Source of the DNA: Tubiluchus corallicola
Taxonomy: Eukaryota; Animalia; Priapulida
DNA: 64,000 nucleotides
NCBI GenBank assembly: GCA_030141605.1
Contig: JAQGDQ010000189.1
Coordinates: 62,001 to 126,000, forward strand
Direction of reading: 5' to 3'
Every line of letters starts with the position of its first letter. Position 1 is the first letter of the stretch. A model generated the notes under the pieces. It was not told where the DNA came from and made no database searches. It saw only the letters and a list, made by a program, of their open reading frames with translations. The position numbers and the translations under genes are program-made. Shown here piece by piece: positions 45,698 through 55,464 of this stretch.

Positions 45698-45778
45698 TCA
45701 ACTTCTGTGCCACTACTTAAAAAAATAAAATACATGACATTTTGTCATTAATATTGATTCATATCGTGTCATTTTGAC
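45698..45778 (-). promoter_or_regulatory. Putative sigma-54 promoter plus TGACA-N3-TGTCA operator boxes upstream of hsp20
   Basis: Minus strand TGGCAC-AGAAG-TTGA (45712-45698); ATGACA-TTT-TGTCAT palindrome at 45734-45748; related TGTCATTTTGAC at 45767-45778. Confidence 0.55.
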
Positions 45779-45882
45779 TCTTGCTGTGTAATATAAATAC
45801 CAGGGACAACAACTGTTCATTCACAATTATTGCTACTTTTGGCATATGATCATATTTTTTACAAGCCAAAACCATAATTACT

Positions 45883-46563
45883 ATGAGAATTGATATTCTT
45901 ACGGTTTTGCCGAAGTTGCTTGTTAGCCCGCTTAACTACTCAATAGTAAAGCGAGGACAGGAAAAGGGGCTTGCTGATATAAATGTTTATGATCTTAGGG
46001 AGTGGGCAACAGACAAGCACAGGCGAGTTGACGACTACGCCTTCAGTAAAGATGCAGGTATGGTGATGAAGCCGGAGCCTGTCGAAAGAGCAATAAGCGA
46101 GCTTAAGAGCTGTAGAGAGTATGATGAAATTATATTTACAGCTCCTGATGGAAAAAGATTTGATCAGCGGGAGGCAAATGAGCTATCCCTAAAAAATAAT
46201 ATTATTATCCTGTGTGGCCATTACAAAGGGTTGGATCAGCGTATCCGTGATAACCTTATAACACGTGAAATATCTATTGGTGACTATGTCCTTACAGGTG
46301 GGGAGCTAGCTGCCGCCGTTATATCGGATGCTGTTGTACGCCTTATACCCGGAGTTCTGTCAGATGAAACATCTGCCCTCACCGACTCTTTTCAGGATGG
46401 GTTGCTCAGTCCACCTGTCTATACCAGGCCGGCCAATTACAAGGGGTGGAAAGTACCTGAAGTCTTGCTTTCGGGCAATGATAACCTTATAGAAGAGTGG
46501 AAAACAGAGCAGGCGTACAAGCTCACTAAAAAATTACGGCCTGACTTGCTAGATGATGATTAA
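45883..46563 (+). CDS. trmD: tRNA (guanine37-N1)-methyltransferase
   Basis: [24 protein letters not shown], ..SF, YTRP, VP.VLLSG. Confidence 0.96.
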   Translation: MRIDILTVLPKLLVSPLNYSIVKRGQEKGLADINVYDLREWATDKHRRVDDYAFSKDAGMVMKPEPVERAISELKSCREYDEIIFTAPDGKRFDQREANELSLKNNIIILCGHYKGLDQRIRDNLITREISIGDYVLTGGELAAAVISDAVVRLIPGVLSDETSALTDSFQDGLLSPPVYTRPANYKGWKVPEVLLSGNDNLIEEWKTEQAYKLTKKLRPDLLDDD

Positions 46564-46654
46564 CAGTAGTATAGCATGTTAAACAGTGAGAAAGATACAG
46601 GTGTTTTATGTTTAAATTACCTTTACATTTATAACTTTTAAATAGCCGATACCA

Positions 46655-47989
46655 ATGAAACTTTGGAGCAAGGGAGAAAAAACGAACCTCCTTATTGAAG
46701 AATTTACAGTTGGCAGAGATGCAGAAATGGACACTTACCTGGCAGAGTTTGATGTGCTTGGTTCTATTGCACATGTTATAATGCTGGAATCTATTGGACT
46801 GCTGGAAAAAAATGAATTGCCAAAGATAAAAGAGGAGCTAAAAAATATATATGCTGAAATAAAAGATAATAATTTTGAAATAGAGGAAGGCGTTGAGGAT
46901 ATTCATAGCCAGATAGAGTTGCTGCTTACCCGTAGGCTGGGAGAGCTGGGAAAGAAAATACATAGTGGACGCTCGAGAAATGATCAGGTCTTGCTAGACT
47001 TAAAAATGTTTACACGAGAGGAGCTTAAAAAGCTGGTGAGTAATGTGCGTATGCTTTTTGAAGTTATACTAAAGCAGAGTAGCAGGTATAAATCGGTGAT
47101 AATGCCGGGATATACTCATATGCAGGTGGCAATGCCGTCATCTTTTGGCCTGTGGTTTGGAGCCTATGCAGAAAGCTTGGCCGACGACCTATTGCTGGTA
47201 CAGGCAGCCTACCGCCTAGCAAACCAGAATCCACTGGGGTCTGCTGCCGGGTACGGATCATCATTTCCTTTAAACCGCAAAATGACAACAGAACTGCTGG
47301 GCTTTGAGACACTCAGCTATAACTCTATATATGCACAAATGGGAAGAGGGAAGGTAGAAAAAAGTGTCCTCTTTGCTATATCATCTATTGCTGCAACTTT
47401 ATCAAAAATGGCAATGGATGTGTGCTTATATACAGGCGAAAACTTTGGTTTTATAGCTCTTCCGGAGGAGCTGACTACCGGTTCAAGCATTATGCCACAC
47501 AAAAAAAACCCTGATGTCTTTGAGCTGTTGCGCTCACGCTGCAACAAGATGCAGTCGCTACCTAATCAGATAACATTGATGATCAATAACCTGCCGAGTG
47601 GCTACTCAAGAGATCTTCAACTGGTGAAAGAGCTATATATACCGACCTTTAAAGAGATAAATGACTGTATAGACATTGCTTCGTTTGCTCTTGAAAACAT
47701 AAGTGTGAAAGAGGGCATTTCGAATGACAAAAGATATGACTACATGTATAGTGTAGAGGAGGTTAACCGTAAGGTTCAAAAGGGCACTCCGTTTCGCGAT
47801 GCTTACCGTAGCGTTGGCAGGTCTATTGCCGATGGGGAATTTATGCCCGATAAAGACATAGTACACTGCCATGAAGGAAGTATCGGCAATCTCTGCTTGG
47901 AAGAGATAAAAGAGAAAATGGAGAGAGCCTGTACTGAATTCAACTTTGAGGTGTATGAAGCGGCATTTAAAAAATTACTGGCAGAGTGA
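46655..47989 (+). CDS. argH: Argininosuccinate lyase
   Basis: KLW, H.GRSRNDQ, PGYTH.Q.A, GSSIMPHKKNPD, PFRDAY. Confidence 0.96.
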   Translation: MKLWSKGEKTNLLIEEFTVGRDAEMDTYLAEFDVLGSIAHVIMLESIGLLEKNELPKIKEELKNIYAEIKDNNFEIEEGVEDIHSQIELLLTRRLGELGKKIHSGRSRNDQVLLDLKMFTREELKKLVSNVRMLFEVILKQSSRYKSVIMPGYTHMQVAMPSSFGLWFGAYAESLADDLLLVQAAYRLANQNPLGSAAGYGSSFPLNRKMTTELLGFETLSYNSIYAQMGRGKVEKSVLFAISSIAATLSKMAMDVCLYTGENFGFIALPEELTTGSSIMPHKKNPDVFELLRSRCNKMQSLPNQITLMINNLPSGYSRDLQLVKELYIPTFKEINDCIDIASFALENISVKEGISNDKRYDYMYSVEEVNRKVQKGTPFRDAYRSVGRSIADGEFMPDKDIVHCHEGSIGNLCLEEIKEKMERACTEFNFEVYEAAFKKLLAE

Positions 47990-48292
47990 AAAGGTAGTAA
48001 GGGAGATTTACTGGGGATATTGTCGTATTTGTTTTGCTTGGCCTCATTACGTGATAGGGAAGAATGCCTGCTTAGATTAAGATAACTACTGCGTTAACCT
48101 CACAGGTTTTTCTTATCGTATTTGGAAATATTGGAGATAAGTTATATCTTAGTTCCCTTGTTATCGAACAAAGACGGGGATTATACATCCCTATGGCAAT
48201 CACTCATTAAACTTCTAGCTTTAAACCGGACAGACATCTTCCCAGATTGGCAGTGGGGTTGGTTGTGTGATTTAAAATAATATAAAACAGAT

Positions 48293-48514
48293 ATGTCACA
48301 GAAAAGTATTCCAAAACCGCAGGGCATGTATAGCCCTGAAAATGAACATGACGCTTGTGGAATAGGTTTTGTAGCTAACATTAAAGGAGCACGTTCGCAC
48401 GATATTGTAGAGCGCGGACTGGTAGTGCTTGAAAATATGGACCATAGAGGTGCCACAAGTGCCGATAATAAGACAGGAGATGGCGCTGGGATACTTTTGC
48501 AGATACGATTATAA
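48293..48514 (+). pseudogene. gltB: Glutamate synthase large subunit, N-terminal fragment cut at the rearrangement junction
   Basis: [30 protein letters not shown]; only ~71 of the ~1500 codons expected for GltB. Confidence 0.9.
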
Positions 48515-48536
48515 TTAAATAGTTTTCCATAGACTA

Positions 48537-49121
48537 TCAGGCTTTTTTCATTTTGTCATTGAGGGCAATAAGATAGCCCAAGATAATAAACGCTCCCGGG
48601 GCCAGTACAAACATAAGGCTCCCATAATCTTCGGGATAAACAGTAACTCCAAAGATTTTTCCGCTTCCCAATAACTCCCTTACTGCTCCCAGCAGAGCAA
48701 GGGCAAAGGTGAAGCCAACGCCCATTCCCAGCCCGTCAATAATTGAGGGTAAAACACCATTTCTCGAAGCAAAAGCTTCTGAGCGCCCAAGTACAGCACA
48801 GTTTACCACTATAAGAGGGATAAACAGCCCGAGCGAATCGAACAGTGCAGGGAGAAACGCCTCCATCATAAGCTGTACAATTGTCACGAATGAAGCAATT
48901 ATAACAATAAAAGATGGGATTCTTACCTTATTTGGTATTAGGTTTTTAATGATAGATACTACCATATTTGACATCACTAGTACAAAAGCAGTAGCCACTC
49001 CCATTCCTATACCATTTATAGCAGATGAGGTGACGCCCAGAGTCGGGCACAGACCAAGCAACAGTACAAAAACGGGATTTTCTGCGATAATACCCCGTGT
49101 GAAAATCTTTATATTGTTCAT
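48537..49121 (-). CDS. rnfE: Duplicate rnfE inside the inverted copy
   Basis: Protein identical to 42293-42877. Confidence 0.85.
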   Translation of the reverse strand: MNNIKIFTRGIIAENPVFVLLLGLCPTLGVTSSAINGIGMGVATAFVLVMSNMVVSIIKNLIPNKVRIPSFIVIIASFVTIVQLMMEAFLPALFDSLGLFIPLIVVNCAVLGRSEAFASRNGVLPSIIDGLGMGVGFTFALALLGAVRELLGSGKIFGVTVYPEDYGSLMFVLAPGAFIILGYLIALNDKMKKA

Positions 49122-49138
49122 GAGTTATTTCCTCTTTA

Positions 49139-49457
49139 TTATATATCCGTTTCTTCTGGTTTATTACCGTTCACCTCTTTTTCCAATGCATTGTAAGCGC
49201 GCAGTATAGACTCTAGAAAAGCACGTGAGGTGATGGTAGAAGCCGTAATAGCATCTATATCACCCCCATCTTTGGTAATTGTAAGGTTAGCTTTACCCGG
49301 ATTCTTACCGATAATATTACGCGTCTCCTTCTCTTTATCGCTAAACCACTCATCCATCTTTGAGCCAAGTCCTGGTGTCTCCTGGTGGGCCAGCACTTTA
49401 AACTCAGAAATAGTACCATCATTTGTAAATCCCACCATAGTGGTTATTTGTCCGGAA
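49139..49457 (-). pseudogene. rnfG: 3' half of rnfG (duplicate, truncated at the junction)
   Basis: SGQITTMVG...EETDI matches RnfG except G->E. Confidence 0.85.
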
Positions 49458-49479
49458 GATTTACAATTGTATAAAAAAC

Positions 49480-49527
49480 ATGTCCAAACGTTTAGACAGC
49501 AATCAGCTGTCATCATCAGTGGTACAT
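49480..49527 (-). ncRNA. Minimal type I hammerhead ribozyme motif, copy 1 (G12->U)
   Basis: AUGUACCA-CUGAUGA-U-GACAGC-UGAUU-GCUGUC-UAAA-CG-UU-UGGACAU. Confidence 0.6.
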
Positions 49528-49852
49528 TATATGAACAACAACCAGTTTATATTTGGCAGAGCCTGCAGTATAGAAAATTATGGCCTAATTATGTATTTAC
49601 ATAAGGTGTGACATTTGCAGGTAATTTTTTAATTAAATGAAGCCACTCGTGTAGCACCTGTGTCTAATTAACTGCAGGTCCTGTACTTCATTGATGCAAA
49701 GAAAAGAGTCGGTTATAATTAACAGTAAAAGCTGTCAATTAGACATGTAGATTCAGTTCAGTTAAAAGTACTTGTTATTAAAGCAACACAATTGATTATT
49801 AAAGCAACACAACTTTTCTTAGGAACTTTTATTTACAACTGTTTTAAAAAAT

Positions 49853-49900
49853 ATATCCAAATGTTTCGATAGTAATCAGCTGTCATCATCAGTGGTACAT
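49853..49900 (-). ncRNA. Minimal type I hammerhead ribozyme motif, copy 2 (core intact, stem II weakened)
   Basis: AUGUACCA-CUGAUGA-U-GACAGC-UGAUU-ACUAUC-GAAA-CA-UU-UGGAUAU. Confidence 0.62.
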
Positions 49901-50277
49901 TACATTAACAACAACCAGTTTATATAGGCAGAGCCTACAGTATAGAAAATTATGGCCTAATTATGTATTTACAAAACAATGAATAAACAGACTAGTGAAG
50001 AAATTGATACAGTAACAAACAGCTAAGTGTTTGAAAATAAAGTTAAAGGAATTGAACTGCTTTGCACATTAAGAGAAGACTTGTTATGGTACATAGATAA
50101 ACTTTCTTTTATTAAAAAGTCCCAGTTATTTGTAGCTCTGGTCACAATGCTGAAATTATTAAAATTTACAGTTTCTAAATTTATTTCTTACTGTATACTG
50201 TATCTATTTTATTCGTTGCTTTGGCTTCTTTGTAAATACACAATTAGTGCATCATTTTCTATACTGTTGTTCATATA

Positions 50278-50325
50278 ATGTACCATTGATGATAACAGCT
50301 GATTGCTGTCGAAACGTTTGGACAT
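50278..50325 (+). ncRNA. Minimal type I hammerhead ribozyme motif, copy 3 (C3->U)
   Basis: AUGUACCA-UUGAUGA-U-AACAGC-UGAUU-GCUGUC-GAAA-CG-UU-UGGACAU. Confidence 0.6.
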
Positions 50326-51473
50326 GTTTTGTTAAACAGTTGTAAATTAAAGTTTCTAAGAAAAGTTGTGTTGTTTTAATAATCAATTGCGTTGCTTTAA
50401 TAACAAGTACTTTGAACTGAACTGAACCTACATGTCTAATTGACAGCTTTCACTGTTAATTATAACCGACTCTTAGAGGCTTGTTCATAATTTTCTGTGC
50501 ATTAATGAAGTAGAGGACCCTGCAGTTAATTAGACACAGGTGCTACATGGGTGGCTTCATTTAATTAAAAAATTACCTGCAAATGTCACACCTTACTTGC
50601 ATTAGTGATGAAACTCTTACAAGACTTCATCAACTGCTCCAAAGCAAATTACATCAAAAGACAGGCATGTTGGAAAAGACTATCCATTGTGCTTTACAGT
50701 AACTAAAAGCATTACACATTTTACCGCATTTTTTGGACTGAAGGGAATAGATAGATATTAGCTTAGCAACCAAAGTTAAGCACCGCTATGATTGGTCAGT
50801 GAATGGATTCGCTCGCCATACTGATTCTGGCTGTTTACGTGCAAATCGTACAAAATCTGGACCGTTAAAAAGTCCCGCATACTAGTCGGACACAGTCCGT
50901 TGTTTCACGAGCTGACCGCTAGTTAACAGGGCCGTCACTTTGTTTACATCATTACATCGGTGCAACCAAGCAGCAAGTAACGACACGTGTATAGCTTGTA
51001 TGATCAGAGCTGCCTGGTACTAGATGTTTTCGAGACAATTAGGTGATTAATTCTTCATTACCAAGAGTCTAATACATGTTATTAGCTTACTATTGGTAAA
51101 AATGAGCAATCAGCAAATTCAATCCGAGGTCTCCCCACTTTTATCTGACAAAACAGATATGAGTGGATCTCAAGCAGTATATAGAGTGCACACGAGGCAA
51201 AATCTGTCTGCAAAAACTTTGTCGCACACAGATTTTTACGAAACGTACTTAATTTTCTGTCTCAGACAAATTCATGCTGCTCCCGTTTGCGGGCTCGGAA
51301 CAAAAATCCGTATGGAGGCAAAATCAGATGAGGGCAATAAAAAGCAATCATTTAGTCAAACGTCATTTAACTACTGTTTGCTGAGGTTAGCCATGATATG
51401 GTTTCTTTCATACTAAGTTGCCGTGTGCGGGCAAATTTTATCCGAGACGATATGCATCACTTTACCACTTGTG

Positions 51474-52795
51474 ACAAACATTGTTACAACCAGGAGTAAC
51501 CCTAAGTGAAGTTCTACCGTACAACAACCTCCATCACTTCAACTCAATGAAGGGCCTACTAGTGTGAATGGTTGTGGAGGGACTGCAACCTAAACAACAT
51601 TGTTACAACCAGGAGTAACCCTAAGTGCTGAAGTTCTACCGTACAACAACCTCCATCACTTCAATTCAATGAAGGGCCTACTAGTGTGAATGGTTGTGGA
51701 GGGACTGCAACCTACAACAAACATTGTTACAACCAGGAGTAAACCTAAGTGAAGTTCTACCAAACAACAACCTTCATCACTTCAATTCAATGAAGGGCCT
51801 ACTAGTGTGAATGGTTGTGGAGGGACTGCAACCTACAACAAACATTGTTACAACCAGGAGTAAACCTAAGTGAAGTTCTACCATACAACAACCTTCATCA
51901 CTTCAATTCAATGAAGGGCCTACTAGTGTGAATGGTTGTGGAGGGACTGCAACCTACAACAAACATTGTTACAACCAGGAGTAACCCTAAGTGAAGTTCT
52001 ACCAAACAACAACCTTCATCACTTCAATTCAATGAAGGGCCTACTAGTGTGAATGGTTGTGGAGGGACTGCAACCTAGAACAGACATAGTTACAACCAGG
52101 AGTAACCCTAAGTGAAGTTCTACCATACAACAACCTTCATCACTTCAATTCAATGAAGGGCCTACTAGTGTGAATGGTTGTGGAGGGACTGCAACCTAGA
52201 ACAGACATAGTTACAACCAGGAGTAACCCTAAGTGAAGTTCTACCAAACAACAACCTTCATCACTTCAATTCAATGAAGAGCCTACTAGTGTGAATGGTT
52301 GTGGAGGGACTGCAACCTACAACAAACATTGTTACAACCAGGAGTAAACCTAAGTGAAGTTCTACCAAACAACAACCTTCATCACTTCAATTCAATGAAG
52401 GGCCTACTAGTGTGAATGGTTGTGGAGGGACTGCAACCTACAACAAACATTGTTACAACCAGGAGTAAACCTAAGTGAAGTTCTACCATACAACAGCCTT
52501 CATCACTTCAATTCAATGAAGGGCCTACTAGTGTGAATGGTTGTGGAGGGACTGCAACCTGCAACAAACATTGTTACAACCAGGAGTAACCCTAAGTGAA
52601 GTTCTACCATACAACAACCTTCATCACTTCAATTCAATGGATGTGTGAATGGTTGTGGAGGGACTGCAACCTACAACAAACATAGTTACAACCAGGAGTA
52701 ACCCCAAGTGAAGTTCTACCATAAAACAACCTTCATCACTTCAATTCACCGAAGGGCCTACTAGTGTGAATGGTTGTGGAGGGACTGCAACCTAC
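51474..52795. repeat. Tandem array of a 121-bp unit, ~11 copies
   Basis: Unit starts at 51478, 51597, 51721, 51842, 51963, 52084, 52205, 52326, 52447, 52568, 52680; few substitutions, one unit 9 bp shorter. Confidence 0.95.
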
Positions 52796-52978
52796 CTCAT
52801 TATATCAAGGCGAAGCCTCTTGATTTAAGAGCGGTGCTTAGTAAACATTTCTTATGTAGTAGAATCCAAACTTATGTATCTAAACCCAAGGAGCGAGTGC
52901 AAATGTCATACCGTTCCGTTCCGTTCCATAACATCACATTACACCTCAGAAAAAACATTCTGCTTGAAACCTACCTTA

Positions 52979-53336
52979 GTTCAGCAAGCAATTGATGATG
53001 ATTGTGAACAGGTCAACGGTTAACTGTACCAGACAATGCATTTGTGTACACTTGACAATGCCTCGCAGCCTATTGTATAATAATAGTAACAGTTCTAACG
53101 ACTAACTAGAACCTTACCTAGCTCATTTTACCAAGAGTGATCCTGTTAACAAATCACTCTATGCACAGACTAATGCATAATTAAGTAAAGTCCACTTGAA
53201 GCAACTGACGTTACTGAACTGATGTGTAAGACAGTTTTGCTTTACCGACACATCATGTGACAACTGTAGTTAAGATGCGTTACTGTGATACACTTAACCT
53301 TTGACCTGCAGCAACTGCGCGTGCGCGTAACGAAAC
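52979..53336 (-). mobile_element. MITE-like dispersed repeat, copy A (inverted relative to B and C)
   Basis: Homologous to 54941-55305 and 62728-63160; subterminal IR AGGTCAAAGGTTAAGTG / CACTTAACCTTTGACCT. Confidence 0.75.
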
Positions 53337-53933
53337 GCTTAATCCACAGCTTAACAATTCTTATGTAAAGAAGATCAATTTTCGCAAAGGCAAATACTTA
53401 ACAGCAGTGTCAAGATATTTTTTAACTCCAAGCTCATTATTGTCAACGGGCAAAAATTCCATTATTAGGATAACTAATCCAGCACCGGATTTCAAAATGA
53501 AGCGTGCAAATAATTTTATTAAAACTGCAAATACATACAATTTACAATTGCGACAACGTATCTGTGAGTATTGCTGTGAAAGATATCAAACAGCACACTA
53601 AAATAGACTTGAAATAAAACCGATTTAAAAGAACTTTTAATTAATAAATTACAGGTAACGTAGCTCTTACCTTTTGCGTCTGCCCAGCAGCAAATCTTGT
53701 TTATACCTGGTTGTGCTGCAGCTGCTTGGCAAAAGGACAGAACACGTCTGATCAATATAACTGAACATGCTCAGTAAAAGTAGCTAAAGCTGCATGTGCA
53801 TGAGAATTGGACTCTGGAAACTCACTCAACGCGTGAAAACTCCAAGCAAAACATTTGCACAACCGAGAAAAGCAGACAGAGTTTTGCAAATGTCGTGAGT
53901 TACTGCAGAGAGGCCTGCAACAGTCATGCTCAG

Positions 53934-54309
53934 GTTGCATGAATACAAAAATGAAACTGGTATGTAACTCCAAAGAGAAGCAGTCACGGAAAATAACAGA
54001 TAATCAAAATACCAGTGTTCAAGCTACACAAACATCAGACAGATGATTAATTCCAAAAAATCAGTGGTGGAAAATAACAGATAACAAGCTGCATGAGGAC
54101 AAAATGGAACTGACAATTGATTCCAAAGAGAAGCAGCCATGGAAAATGACAGATAATAAAGATGCCAGTGTTCAGGCTGCACAGACATCAGACAGATGAT
54201 TAATTCCAAAAAATCAGTCATTAAAAATAACAGATAACAAGCTGCATGAGGACAAAAATGAAACTGATAATTGATTCCAAAGAGAAGCAGTCACGCAAAA
54301 TAACAGATA
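53934..54309. repeat. Tandem repeat, ~153-bp unit, ~2.4 copies
   Basis: TCCAAAGAGAAGCAG recurs at 53969, 54122 and 54276. Confidence 0.85.
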
Positions 54310-54940
54310 CTCAATATACTTGGATATGGAGTGAAATTAAAGGCCTATTCACATTTAGAAACAATACTTTGCCTTAAACTTAAAAGAATTCAACTCAATA
54401 AAATTGTCTCTAGTCTGTATGTTGTCTGCACAACTGAAATTTATTGCCTAATTTAAGAGCAACATTGGTCCGAAGAGTCAAGTCGAACTACTAATGATGC
54501 AGAGATCAATAACCGTCCTCGATCCAAAATTAAATGGCAAAATTTCTCGTTGAAGCTGCGCACTATCATTCAAGACGTCCGCTGACCGATTTGACTTTTT
54601 CGACAAAAATATTGACAAAGCTAGAATAAATACTCGAGTCTTCTGTAGCAACAGATATATTACACATTTTAGACAGATTAGATTTGCCGTGCAGTGACAA
54701 TTTGTCAAAATTTAGTCGCTGAAATCTTTTCTGCCCACAGAAGCATGGTTCACAGGAAACAGAAGCTACGCTGTATCACAAATTCTTTTGCCAAGTAAGC
54801 ATTGCTCATTTTCTTTTGCAATTTTGTATTTATGTTCTGCGAAAACAAAGCAAAATGTGTGAATTACAGGGCCCAGTTTGAATCACTTGTGAGTTATTGG
54901 AACATTTCAACATCAAAAGAATCTGCAAAAGTCCTTTTAC

Positions 54941-55305
54941 AGTTTCGTCGTGCGCACACGCACTTGCTGTAGGTTCAAGGTTAAGTGCACCACAGCAACG
55001 CATCTTAACTACAGTCGTCACACGACATGTGGTTAAAGTAAAGCCGTCTGCCACATCAGTTCAGTGACTTCAGTTGTTTTACATTAACTTTACCTATTTA
55101 TACATTAGTCTGTGCATAGAGTGACTTACTAGCAGAATCTTGCTTGGGAACAAGAAAAAATGAACTAGGTAAGGTTCTAGTTAGCTGTTAAAACAGTTAC
55201 TATTCCAATAGCAATGGGCTGTGAGGCTTTGTCAAGTGTAAACGAATACATTATCTGGTACACTTAACCTTTGACCTTTTCACGATCATCATCAATCGCT
55301 GAAAC
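54941..55305 (+). mobile_element. MITE-like dispersed repeat, copy B
   Basis: Ends GTTTC...GAAAC; subterminal IRs; homologous to copies A and C. Confidence 0.75.
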
Positions 55306-55464
55306 CTTGGGAACAAGAAAAAATGAACAATATACATATACACAAATGTGGTACACAAAAGAGCTTTGTCCACGCCTACTTTAATGCACTTTGTGTTATA
55401 CATGACAAAATATTAAAAACAAAGTACAGGGTGCAAACGTTTCAGCGTGGCATCACTGGTATCT

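Larger units (their letters stand above)
48497..49457 (-). repeat. 961-bp inverted duplicate of 41957-42917 (3' half of rnfG, rnfE, first codons of rnfA)
   Basis: Reverse-complement identity at both ends; identical RnfE protein; one substitution seen (49404 vs 42010). Confidence 0.97.
49459..50595. mobile_element. Non-autonomous Penelope-like/fold-back element: partial direct repeat plus long inverted repeat
   Basis: 49459-49601 ~ 49831-49973 (direct); 49602-~49990 ~ reverse complement of ~50205-50595; each unit carries a hammerhead-like core. Confidence 0.7.

Noticed and set aside
48537-49516. A second functional rnf operon, or a novel 125-aa RnfG variant
   Set aside because: It is a near-identical partial inverted copy; the ORF's N-terminus is read-through from non-bacterial DNA.
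51474-52795. 121-bp array as a CRISPR or hammerhead (retrozyme) array
   Set aside because: The whole unit is repeated with no variable spacer; no CUGANGA...GAAA core was found on either strand.
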